DNA of 60,635 nucleotides, filler included, from Circinaria calcarea (Eukaryota): the NCBI GenBank assembly GCA_051942165.1. It is 11 parts of 11 records of this genome, joined end to end, with 100 filler letters (N's around TTAATTAATTAA, not from the genome) between each part and the next. Parts side by side here need not be neighbours in the genome. Positions count along the whole stretch, not along the records: positions 22,131 to 27,556 come from JAVECS010001904.1; positions 27,657 to 33,072 come from JAVECS010001905.1; positions 33,173 to 38,588 come from JAVECS010001906.1; 8 more parts are not named here. One strand, written 5' to 3'. The translations under genes and the position numbers were made by a program. Under the pieces are notes generated by a model. That model saw only the letters and a program-made list of their open reading frames with translations. It was not told the origin of the DNA and made no database searches. Positions 24,602-35,823 of the stretch are shown piece by piece. The first letter of the stretch is position 1, and the number at the start of each line of letters is the position of its first letter.

Positions 24602-26638
24602 GGCTTCGATCCTTTATGCACCAAAGACAGGACGTGTCAGTCTTGCTCTCCGCTCTTTGGAGATGACTCGACTTTGACAGGACCAAAAAAACAATCCGCC
24701 AAGCAGCGGGTCTGAATATCTAAGCCAATCGGTTTGGAGTTTGGTAAAACACGATAGACCCTTGTCGCTGACGTCTTTTCAGCCTCGTCCTCAACATCCA
24801 AATGTCGGGACGAGTGCTTCCATATAGATCCGGTTAATGGTATTATTTTTCAATCATTAAAGCATCCAAAATCATCTCATAGCGTAGTCTATAGACCGGC
24901 CTAGGATCCGTTAGGCATTGAGCCGATGGTATTGCTTGACGCCTCCGTTGTCACAACTCTCCCTAGTCTATCCATGGGTCATGAACTGCAGTAATCTAAC
25001 TTGTCCAACCGGTCATTGCTACAGCAATAAGGACTGCTTGAGATATACCTGTATGTCACTGTCTTCTTAGATGATCTTTGTCCTAGTCTCTATTTAATGC
25101 CAGAGCCGGTCAACATCAGCCTTTCATTGCAGAAGAGCTTGTAAACCGTTTAAACAGACAGCTTTCTCAAGTTTTTGAAAAAGCCTATCGGCGCACTAGC
25201 TTTTGCTTATTAATCGTGTATTATTGCTATCACAAATAGAAGATAAATTGTCTCATTCATAGTAGTCGGGAGCAAGACTAAGAAACGTACGACATCCGAA
25301 GCAGTTGGGTAAAAAATTGAAACGCTCAATACGAGTACTGTACAAGTACTTCCGGAGGAAACAGTGTACAAAGTATGAAGTCGTATTATCAAGATACGCA
25401 ATCCTTGAGCGATTTAACATTCTTCCCTAGAAGCTGGTGTCGATCTCAGTGCTGTATCTATTTCGCTATCTGAATCACGAATTACATCTTCTTGCTGTGC
25501 ATATGCTCTACGGATTTGAAAATTTTCCGTGTTCAGTGGCTGCTAAGACTACCGCTATGTGTTGGGGCAAATTGGAGAGGTTATTGATCTCTATTGAAAA
25601 CTTTCTTTCATAATGTCCGGATGGCGTAGTGGGAGTGACCACCACCTTGACCATCTGGAGCGGCTGGCAAATTCTACTCCGTAGGCTCTTTCGGCTAGTT
25701 GACAGCTACGGATAAAATCCCTCGATTATCAGGTCTGAGGTGGGGTTTTACTAAGGCGAACCGGTGGAATTCCTGAACGCTGTTCAGCCACTGTTTCGTA
25801 GGCTTAGTTTTTGGGGGTTTTTGGGGGGTTTTTTTGGGGGGATAATAATTAGGGTTGGGCCAGGATTCGAAACCGGCTACTATGAAAGCGAATGCCGGGT
25901 TTTCATTTTAATTCTTTTAAAGCTTTTTGATGCATTAAAAAGATTGGTTACGGGAACCTCGGCAGTCGACATTTAAACTGAGCACAATTAAACGGGTACA
26001 GAATCGCAAATGTCGTGTGCCATTTCAAACTACTTCCGCAATTCCTGAGTTTGCATTGTTGACTGCTGGAAGCACGAAAGCCTTCCAGAACCACACACCG
26101 TTGTTGAATGGTCGTCTCCAGTATCGACGCCTACCATCGATCCGTAAAGTCTAGTTGGGACTAGGTAGAACCTCCCAGTTCGTTCGAATTAGTGAACATC
26201 ATAGCTTCGGAATCTCTATAATTACGTTATAGAATAGCCGCTAGCTAATCTGTGTGAGCATGAGATGTTGCTGTTAAACTAGAGATAACTATTCTTTGTC
26301 ACCGTAGATTTACCTATTCGGGATACGAGATGAGAGACAACAAGGTGTCTACTTTAGTTGACGCAGTTTGCAGTTGCAGTGTATGATTCAATTACCTTTC
26401 AGTTGACTAGAAATGATAGCCGTGCTGTACTTCGTGAATAAAGGTGACTTGATTAGGGAAGGCTGTTTAGTTCACTTAGCGTAAAGTCTTGTGGTAACCA
26501 ATGACAAAAGAATTGACGCTAATCCCAAGGAACTGATCGTAACCTCCTCTATTCTGTATCTGCGTGATATTACGATTCCATCACCCAAAGGCCCGTCTTT
26601 TCCTTTGTTGTCGCTCTCTATCGCTACCCTCAGTCCCG

Positions 26639-27556
26639 ATGCTGGCGAAGTTAGTTCTGCGCTCTGCGCGCTTGGCTAGTAGTGGGCGAAACACAGCGAG
26701 CAGAGCGGTGAAGGTATATGGAATCTCTCCTAAGCTTCATGGACAATGGCTAAATCAAGGTCACTCATCAGCGGTCTACATCATCTTCTTCGTCTGGCAC
26801 TACAACAGAGGCAGTATCCTCCCCAATGAGAACCACATTAGCTGCATCAGCCGCCACTGCAGTAGCTGTCGGATCAATTGCGTGGTACTATCATCTTTAT
26901 GGACAAGATGTGTATGCGATGACGCCGCAGGAAGAAGGGTAGGCTAAGCCCACTGTCATGTCTCCGATTTGGATTGTGCAAAACGACTTATCTGTCAATT
27001 GCGTGCGCACTGGGGTAGACTGGGGTAAAAGAGCCTTTGCTAATTATCTACTGCAAGCTTGCATCCGGCGAAATACCCATGGGAACACGAAAAATTCACC
27101 AAGACCTTTGACCACCAAGCGTGAGATGCTATACCGAAGCTCCTTTATCGAACTTACAATTAACGTCCACTTAGCCTCCGACGTGGATTCCAAGTCTACC
27201 GCGAAGTCTGCTCCTCCTGTCACTCCCTCCAACGTGTCCCTTGGCGAGCGTTTGTCGGTCAAACTCATACGGTAGATGAGATGAAAGCAATTGCAGAAGA
27301 AAATGAGTACGATACCGAGCCGAACAATGAAGGTGAGATTGAGAAACGGCCTGGAAAGCTTTCCGATTACATACCAAAGCCGTATAAGAATGACGAGGCT
27401 GCGCGTGCTGCAAATAATGGAGCTTTACCTCCTGATCTTAGCTTGATGGTGAAAGCCAGGCATGGTGGTTGCAATTATATCTTCAATCTCTTGACGGGTT
27501 ACCCCGAAGAACCCCCACCAGGAGCTACTGTACCAGCTGGTCTCAACTTCAACCCT
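26639..27556 (+). CDS. CYT1: Cytochrome c1, mitochondrial precursor, 3'-truncated
   Basis: Bipartite presequence [11 protein letters not shown]...[13 protein letters not shown], then [17 protein letters not shown]...[24 protein letters not shown] (CxxCH) and [23 protein letters not shown]. Introns 26714-26759, 26939-27057, 27121-27174. Confidence 0.96.
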
Positions 27557-28259
27557 NNNNNNNNNNNNNNNNNNNNNNNNNNNNNNNNNNNNNNNNNNNN
27601 TTAATTAATTAANNNNNNNNNNNNNNNNNNNNNNNNNNNNNNNNNNNNNNNNNNNNGCTGTACTAGAAGTTCCTAGGTCCTACCTTATACTTCTCACAAT
27701 TATTCGCACTAGTCCATAATTTGACCTAATTCAGGGTTTCTGTCCTTCGCTGAGTTATCATATCAGCTTTGGCCCAGCAATGTGCTTGGTGGTGCTAGTT
27801 TAAGACACACCTTTATTTACCTGGCCTGCAAACTTGTAGGCACTGTCTAGTCCGTCCTGTTGTTCTCTGTCTGATACTGTTAAGGATATAGTTTTAAATT
27901 GCCACTGAAAGGCTGACGGTAGAACAGGCGGAATCGCCACCTATAAGCTTATGTAGCAAAGTAGATTGTTGAAAAGCCTTGTAGCTTACTTATCTCGCGA
28001 CTAGTCTTCTTTGATTTCAGCCTTGCCGATTCAAATCAGATCGTCCTAGCGACGTTAACGGTGTTCGCAACTAGAGCAACAGCATAGTCCGGACTAAAAG
28101 TCATGTAAGCATCGCGGTATTTTATCTTTCCGAGCCTCCAACTTCTATCCATTACCTACCACACCTGATTACCAACAAACCCTCTCAACCAAGTTCTTAA
28201 TACATCCACACTAAGCTTCCCTTCGGACATCCCGTGGGAGTCTTTTCTGTTTCCATTAG

Positions 28260-29449
28260 TGACTCGTAAGAAAGTTTGACTTGCAAGGCTCGAGCTGGAA
28301 ATCTCCACACCAAACTCTTCGGCCCCGAGTTGGTGGGCGGCTGAGGGTCCCCGAAGCTTCCTGCTCGTGTTGATCGCATCACTGGTCCGCAGATCCGTCA
28401 CTGGTCCGCAGATCACGCACTTGAGACTGGAAATCTCACACCATGAATAACTATCCCATCTCCCAAATGCCAGACCACAAGAGATTAGTAAGTCTTCCAC
28501 CTTGTATGCTCTTCTGGCGACCGTCAATTACCCTGAAGTTCCCTCTCCTCCGTCATCATTATAAGGCTAACGGCCTTTAGGTGGCACTCGAACCATTCGC
28601 CCAATGGTATCCAAAAAATCAATTGATGTGAGTAGGCTCTGAGTAGAAATCTAGACTCTTGAATTGCTTGATATCAAGATCGAAAATTATGTGGCTAATA
28701 GGACGAATTCTAGAGACGTTCCAACACTGGATGATGAAGACCAAGAGATCCTTGACGACATCATCAGAGCAGGCTCCAAGATCATGATAGGACCGGAAAA
28801 GCCCGATGGACTCGTCGGCGTTTACGAGGAGATTGGAGTGGACATTGGCTGGCGCAGACACGTGTACATACTGACAGCCCCGGTATTATCACTCGTTTGT
28901 TGGGATAGAGCGCGTTTCCAAGAGAAACTCGAGGAACGAGAACGTGTGCGAGAGTGGGCTATGGGCGTGGAAGATCTAGATCTTGACGAACATCCTGATG
29001 GGACGGTAGCACCGCCTAGTACGCCAAATTTGCGCGCAGAGGTAGAGAATCCGCCGGAGGTAGGAGAAGAGTCCCAGGAGTTGGAAGAACAGTCCCAGGA
29101 GATGGAAGGACAGCCCCAGGAGGTGGAAGAACAGCCCCAGGAGATGGAACAACAGCTTGAGATAATTGGAGAATGGTCCGAGAATCTGCCGAACAACCCC
29201 CAGGAGGCTCTTAGTTCCTCTATTCCCACTTTCACCGCCCCGGTAGCGATTATGGCTACAGCTCAACCTACCCCAGCTGTGACCACTGCCTGCAAGAAAA
29301 ACACTAAAAAGCGAGGCCAGGAGATTGAAGGTACAGCCGCTAGTAAGCGGTCAAGAAGAATTGTGGGAGAAGAACCCCATCTTCCGACTTGGGAGAAGAG
29401 GTGGTGGGAGGAGAAAAAGCGGGTAAGGAGAGGAAAGAAACAGGATTGA
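28260..29449 (+). pseudogene. Probable disrupted gene of unknown family; intact 3' part is the 28664-29449 ORF with E/Q repeats
   Basis: The frame of the 261-aa ORF continues upstream through TAG (28652) and TGA (28640) to a phase-compatible intron (28488-28580), then through TAA (28448). There is a 19-nt tandem duplication at ~28379-28414 and a 21-nt repeat (EEQSQEM-like) at ~29060-29155. Confidence 0.5.
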
Positions 29450-30837
29450 AAATGTAAGATGTGGAGCATTAAACTCTCATCATCGATAGCTGATGAGTGC
29501 CTCTTAGGTCTTTGAATGAATGACATACTGTTTAAACAGGGGAAGGTGAATAGCACCTCGTCTAGAGAATGGTGACAAAAGTATTAATGATGTGAGGAGG
29601 AATATTGATACCCAGCGTTGTTTTGACATTCGTGGTCTGCTATTCCCTTAGCCACTCTTTACCTCTATTTGGCTGGCCGCAAGAACTCGATATAGCACTA
29701 GTGTCTGAGCGTGCTAATGAAGTACTGTCATTCTCTTTTCCTCCCCAAGCTTACAGTGACAGTTGCGCATTTGTGTGCAAGCTTCAGTGATTATGTTTAC
29801 AGCACACTACACAACTGACGTTGGACTGCCCGCACAAGCGTCAATTTCGGTCCGATTTCAGCCGTATCCATGGCTGATGCTATTGTATTGGTTGTTCAAG
29901 CGAGTCCTACCATAACTGACATTGACAAACTATCTCAGATTTCAGCTCTGTTCACTATGGAACAATGCTGAGAGTACTTGATCTCATGCAGTGCTTACGT
30001 TACATATATTACTGGTAACTAGGAAGGTCCATACCACAAGCTAAGTGCTGAATACCTAGGCTCCAAGTCGCTTTGCGCCGAAGTTTCCATTTAAGATTTG
30101 ATTCATATTGAATAGCTGTTGCCTATGATCTCCCACCTAAAGAAGCAAGTACAAAGGGGAGCTGCTTAAGCGGTAACTCAAGACCGACAGGCGAGACTAT
30201 ACCTGCAAGTTCGCAATATAGGACCCATAAGCAAAATACTCTGTTCAGTCACCTGGGAAGAAACCCAACCGGAACATATACCAAATTCAAGGACGCCAAC
30301 GGCCAAACCGTATATCAGCAGTCCAAGCAAAGTTCAAGTCTCAGCACTCGAGAACTCCCCGACGGGACTCAATACCTTGATCTGTCGTGCTTGACGGCCC
30401 ACACATAGAACCCACATTGGAAGCTTTTCTGCCGCCACCAGACACATGAAAGTCTCGTCCGCTTTGTTCCATTACGCTCGTTGAACTAAACCGTTATTGA
30501 TATTTCAATCTCGTTCGCAACTAGGCTAACAAACCGAAAAGGTGGCCGAACTGACCTCCCTACATTTAGCGGGGAGAAAAGAGCACCTAGCCCTAACGTA
30601 ATATGACTCTTAAGGCATTCACTCACGCTCGCAAAATAACCGAGCTTCATTCATTCAACAATTACTGAGTTCCAACACCCGAGAAAAGCACTTACTCAAG
30701 GCGTATTGTATGTTTTCAACCTGCCCTGCGTCACCACTCGTGAAAATACATCCACTTTTCTGATCTTGAGTCTTGACAATCTCATTGTAGCATTCATCCT
30801 CTCGAAACTACCTCTTCCACCTCTGGCCATAGTCAAG

Positions 30838-31617
30838 ATGTCTGGTCCGTCACTCGCAAACATGCCACCAGAAATCATCCTCCATATCTTCAAGTCCGCA
30901 GATAATTTCACCACTGTTAATGCTCTCCTTCGTACAACACCCGTATTCTATGGTATCTGGTGCCAGAATGCTACCATAATCGCGAATATGGTTCTCCGCC
31001 GTACTATCGAGTACTTCGAGGAAGCGCAGAAGTTGATCGATGTTCAAGATCAAGCCGAAGGATCACCAAGAAGCCTACCGAATCTACCACAAGGAAGTCC
31101 CCAGGTAGCTGTTGAAAGTGTGAAGCGCTTTCAGTCGAATACATCCGCAGTAGCCAAGATCTTCAACATATTTGATACCAGCATGAACGAGGCACGAGGA
31201 CGGCACCTAAGACCAACCGAGGAAACCCGCTTCAAGCAAGCTTATTACTGCCTCTGGACTTCTATTTGCGCATCTCGTATTCCAGATGATGCGAAGCTGC
31301 TATCTTCCATTGTACACGCAACCGAGGAAAATATCCGGTTCGATGCCAGTACGATAATTTATTGGCTCCTCGATGTGGCCGATGCAGCTGTCGCTGCCCA
31401 AGTTGGAATCACGACTGAAGGAGCTGAGGGTCGGGAATTGCTCCTCAACGCGATTCGAAAGATGTATGCTGTATCCAACAAGCAGTTTAAGCTACCTCCT
31501 GATGCACGCTTGCTCCGGGACCATATAGCAATTCGGTTTTTGGGAAACCCGAATTCGGAGGGGAATTTTGTAAGCGAGCCTCATCCTCGACAAAACATTA
31601 CATACGACGTATTCTAA
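30838..31617 (+). CDS. F-box-like domain protein (uncharacterised fungal family)
   Basis: MSGPSLANMPPEIILHIFKSADNFTTVNALLRTTPVFYGIW fits the F-box-like L-x-x-M-P-x-E-I-I-x-x-I-F pattern; later LRPTEETRFKQAYYCLW. Confidence 0.72.
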   Translation: MSGPSLANMPPEIILHIFKSADNFTTVNALLRTTPVFYGIWCQNATIIANMVLRRTIEYFEEAQKLIDVQDQAEGSPRSLPNLPQGSPQVAVESVKRFQSNTSAVAKIFNIFDTSMNEARGRHLRPTEETRFKQAYYCLWTSICASRIPDDAKLLSSIVHATEENIRFDASTIIYWLLDVADAAVAAQVGITTEGAEGRELLLNAIRKMYAVSNKQFKLPPDARLLRDHIAIRFLGNPNSEGNFVSEPHPRQNITYDVF

Positions 31618-32872
31618 TCTCGGAATACAGGCGATGGTTATTCAATGCCAACCAATGCCAGCCTTTCCAGTGCACGGCACTATGTGAGACTGTAAGCAGC
31701 TAGGCCTCAAATCCTCAATGACCAACGCTAATCCGCGAGTACAGCAACCAAACCATGATGCTAGGTGATACCAGTGGCAGCGACATGTTAATTGGGAGGA
31801 TCGGCCACGCAGGTTATGGGAGATTGAATTGGCCACAGTGAGGATACTCGACACGGGTCTTTCGAATTTGGCGGAACCACCGATGGTAGATTAGAAACAG
31901 AAAAGCGAATTGCAACCCTATCAAGCAGCGTATGCTTAACCTCGTGAATCGTAACAAATCCATCCCTTCCCCTTGTTTCGCCTCCATATACCGTACATTT
32001 TCATACATATGCACTCGTCAGAAAGACGAAATGCCAGCAACATTCCAGCCTCCGCTCTCCATGGCCTGACTTGAAAAAGGTAGGGTACGGTGCGAATACC
32101 GTAGGCCCTTTTGCCCTGCAGCCAACAGGCACCATATCCTCCTCCACTTCGAAATCTTCTCCTTCGTGGAAAGGTTTGTGTAGTAACCCATCGTCGGAAA
32201 GCGATGAGAATCAGCTGCGAATCTTTCGATGTGGTATTCCAAGCTGAAGTTGATTACTACTACACGAGATCCCTACAGCGTATACTAAACTAGTGCGTAT
32301 TAAGGAGTACATACTACGGTGGCAGGCAAAATAAACCTTAACGCTACATATCTCGCAGGGGTGAAACCTCTTACTCTTTTATGCCCTACAAATCCATGCA
32401 CGGCTATTTAATCGATTGTGCTATCAGGGCTGATATATAAGAGCAGCGTTGCCAAGTCAGCCAATAGGCTAAGGTTAATCTGGCCTGCACACCGTAGTAA
32501 GCACCCACTTGCTTGCACGTGACCAACTTCTATCACAATATCTCCCCGCTGATGCCCCTCGCCAACGAGTTGCCTGCCATTTCCTCACCGTTCTAAACCA
32601 CCGGTTCTCCAAGTACCACCCATCAGCACGCCTTATTTTGTGACGATGTCTCCCTTTTCTTGCCCTTGATTTGGAAGGTTTTTTTTTTTGCCTCAGGCAT
32701 GAATTAGCATACTCAGCCACGTTAGGCTGCAGCACGGCAAGGCTGTGACTTTCAATGGATTGTAGTTATAGATCAGGCAGCTGTTCTCCGCAGTCGCCCC
32801 AAAGATGTGTCCTAGGCTGTCTACCTCTACCGTTTTCGTTCATGCTTCCTTTGTCATTGGTCTCTAAGCTCA

Positions 32873-33072
32873 ATGAGTTTGAGTATACAAGCTGGGGCCA
32901 ACAGCCTGATATCCGTCGGTGTCGGACTTGGGGATATTGGGGCACTCCTTCAGCATGGCCGGACGTTTGGGAATTGGTTACGAGCGAAGCAAAATGATGT
33001 GGAACTCTTCGAGTCAATCTCCGAAGACTACGGTATTGTGCTGAGGCGTCGCGGTTTAGTCGACACCTCTTT
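32873..33072 (+). CDS. 5' fragment of uncharacterised fungal protein (truncated by contig end)
   Basis: MSLSIQAGANSLISVGVGLGDIGALLQHGRTFGNWLRAKQNDVELFE... open into the linker; protein-like composition. Confidence 0.55.
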
Positions 33073-33172
33073 NNNNNNNNNNNNNNNNNNNNNNNNNNNN
33101 NNNNNNNNNNNNNNNNTTAATTAATTAANNNNNNNNNNNNNNNNNNNNNNNNNNNNNNNNNNNNNNNNNNNN

Positions 33173-34026
33173 CAGCCATTGGTACGACAACCGTGAAGTC
33201 GCTAGTTACGAGTTTTGTACGGCAATCGACATTAATGGGAACCTACGGCACATCGAGTTATTACTCTACATATCTGACGGTGTCCTACTTTGATACGAAA
33301 GTAATTTCAACAAAGACCGACTATGTGGTTATCTTACCAAGCAGCAGCACCGCCAAGGCTACTGTCCCCGGTACTCCAGATGCTCTAACATCTCCCTTGC
33401 CTGCGACAGTTCCTGCACCGACTTCTTTTCCACCGTCCACAGTTTTTAGCCCTGCCTCGGGAAGTTGCCCACCGGCACAAACTATCTACTCGACCTTTGT
33501 TCTCACAATGACCACCGCCGGCCCTTCGTCGCTGCCTAACGTCCCTGGCTCGCCTTCAGGTGCTTCCAGTCCGAGTAATAGTCTTCTCGGGAGTTCAGTA
33601 AGTGTGACAGGACCACCCTCGTCGACCGATGCTACCACAATCTACCATACATACACATCCACGCTCCCCAATGGATCTACGTCCACAATTGTTAACACCG
33701 TTACATCGTCTACGGCCTCAGCAACATCATTTATCACCGAAGGTACCAGCGCGAGTAGTAGTCATATCGTGCCAGGGTCTAATCCTTCCATTACTGGAAG
33801 CAGGAGCGTGAGCACCCGCTCACCCCCAGGTACAGGCTCGCCAACGTCCAGCCACCAAATGGGAACGGGCAGTCAAACTACTGTCCTGCCAACTGGAACC
33901 GGCAGTGGCCGCCCAGGACGACCATCGGGGACAGGCACAGGTAGTTGGAATCACCCCCCACATTCAGCAAACTTGAACAGAATCGGCCCAAAACCGACAA
34001 AGAGATGGGCTTTTCCATTGAATTGA
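33173..34026 (+). CDS. Ser/Thr/Pro-rich (mucin-like) probable secreted/cell-wall protein, 5'-truncated
   Basis: Open frame from the contig start, very S/T/P-rich, with CPPAQTIY and GTGS/GTGT motifs. Confidence 0.7.
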
Positions 34027-34962
34027 GCAGGCTTTTGGGTAACACCTGGGCTGGAAGATGAGGTCAACTGGGATATTACAATTTTATTCTGGCGTGCATT
34101 GTATTGGGATTATCGGGGCAGACTTCGCATTTGGCACTGGTGATTGATGTTTTGACCTTTCTTAGATAATGCCTTGCATGGAGAAGTAATAGATGATCGT
34201 ATGAACATTGGGCTGTACTGATCCCAATTCCTAGACCAACACTGTCCCATTTCTACATTCCTGAGCAACTCTGCCTAAGGGCTCAGGTCGATCTGGAACC
34301 AGTCTGAATACCGCGGCATAGCTTCCGTACCAAGGCTGATTGCTGTCGGATAGATGTAAGGTGGCAGATTTATGGAATCGCATAGTATAGCCATACAACA
34401 CATTCCGTCAAACCAGCCTTTGTAGGCAGATTGCAGAGGGCTTAGATGCGCTTACTGTGGTGGTAGGCGTAGTAGATGTTAGCGCGGTGTTTGACCAACC
34501 CGGGTATACTCACCAAAGGCGGTATGGATGCTGAGAAAAGGGAGGTGTAATATGGACGGTATCCTCCGGTGTATATTCCATCTTTCGGTATGAAATCAAA
34601 CTGTCGCTTGGGCCTTTTATGGTTGTTGCAAGAAACTCACGCTAGCATCTACTTATGCCCTGCGACCACAGTAAAGGCAATGATTATTCCGTAGTTAAAA
34701 CCCCAAGAGAACTGCGCCACACGCCACACTAGCGCTCACCGAAGTCACATTCAGCCTCTCAGCCTTTGAAAGTTAGTGTTTACCAATGACGCTGCCAACA
34801 CATGATTTGAGTGAGACTTATTGACTACCGGACTTCTTCACATACCTACATAACCTCTTTATTGACCAGGGCAACATAAGGTCCTCCTATCATCTCTACT
34901 TTCCTCACGATACAATTCCAACTTACTCTGCTAGATATATTCTTCACAAACCATCATACAAC

Positions 34963-35823
34963 ATGAAGCTCTTCTCTACCGCCACCGCTGTACTTGCGGG
35001 TGTCTCTACAGTCTCATCACTCTTGATACCGCCACAGAGCAATTCCCTCTCACGAAGAGAGTCGGAAGCAAAAGCCATCATCCTCTCAGCTTCCGACGTC
35101 CAGTTGATAGAACGCGACAACGAGGAAACCTACACCTACCTCGAAAAGCGCCGGGGTGGCGGCGGCGGAGGAGGAGGTAGAGGAGGCGGATCTTCCGGAT
35201 CATCTTCAGGTTCGTCGGGTTCGTCAGGTTCATCCGGTTCATCTGGTGGCAAAGGTGGCTCATCCGGTTCTTCAGGTTCCTCAGGTTCCTCGGGCGGGAG
35301 ATCAACCTCTTCCTCATCATCATCGAGTCCTTCGTTTGGCGGAGGTCGCTACTTTGCTGGTGGTGCATCGACGGCTTATTCCGCAGGATCGCGTTCCCCC
35401 CGTGGTATTGCGCCATACCTTCTAGGCGGCGCAGCTCTCGGAATTTTCCCCGGTCTTCTCCTCTACGGTGCTTATGCCTACCCTTATAACACTCGTTATG
35501 GCTATCGGAATAGCACCAGCAACAGAAACGAGTCGCTCCCTGTCACTTGCGTGTGCGCGCAGTATAGCGCATGTGGGTGTGATGACAATGACAACTCGAC
35601 ATATGTCAGTTCCCTATTACCAAATGGGCAGAACAGTAGCCAGGCCGTGATAGCCAATATCAATGGGACCAGGACGGTCGTCATCAACGGCACTCTACCG
35701 AATGGCACTGATGACAGTGCCGATTCTACTGGGGCAGGGATTGGGATGAGGCAAACCTTGGCCGAAGCTTCAGGGTTTTGGCTCATGGGTGCCGTTGTGG
35801 CCCTGATTGTCTGGGGTTTGTGA
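34963..35823 (+). CDS. Secreted glycine/serine-rich, probably GPI-anchored protein
   Basis: Signal peptide MKLFSTATAVLAGVSTVSS, EKRR dibasic site, G/S low-complexity tract, SFGGGRYFAGGASTAYSAGSRSPRG, LPVTCVCAQYSACGCDD, INGTLPNGT, hydrophobic C-terminus. Confidence 0.85.
   Translation: MKLFSTATAVLAGVSTVSSLLIPPQSNSLSRRESEAKAIILSASDVQLIERDNEETYTYLEKRRGGGGGGGGRGGGSSGSSSGSSGSSGSSGSSGGKGGSSGSSGSSGSSGGRSTSSSSSSSPSFGGGRYFAGGASTAYSAGSRSPRGIAPYLLGGAALGIFPGLLLYGAYAYPYNTRYGYRNSTSNRNESLPVTCVCAQYSACGCDDNDNSTYVSSLLPNGQNSSQAVIANINGTRTVVINGTLPNGTDDSADSTGAGIGMRQTLAEASGFWLMGAVVALIVWGL

Noticed and set aside
25805..25845. T/G tracts resembling telomeric repeats or a G-quadruplex
   Set aside because: Irregular homopolymers, not TTAGGG; likely low-complexity or low-quality sequence.
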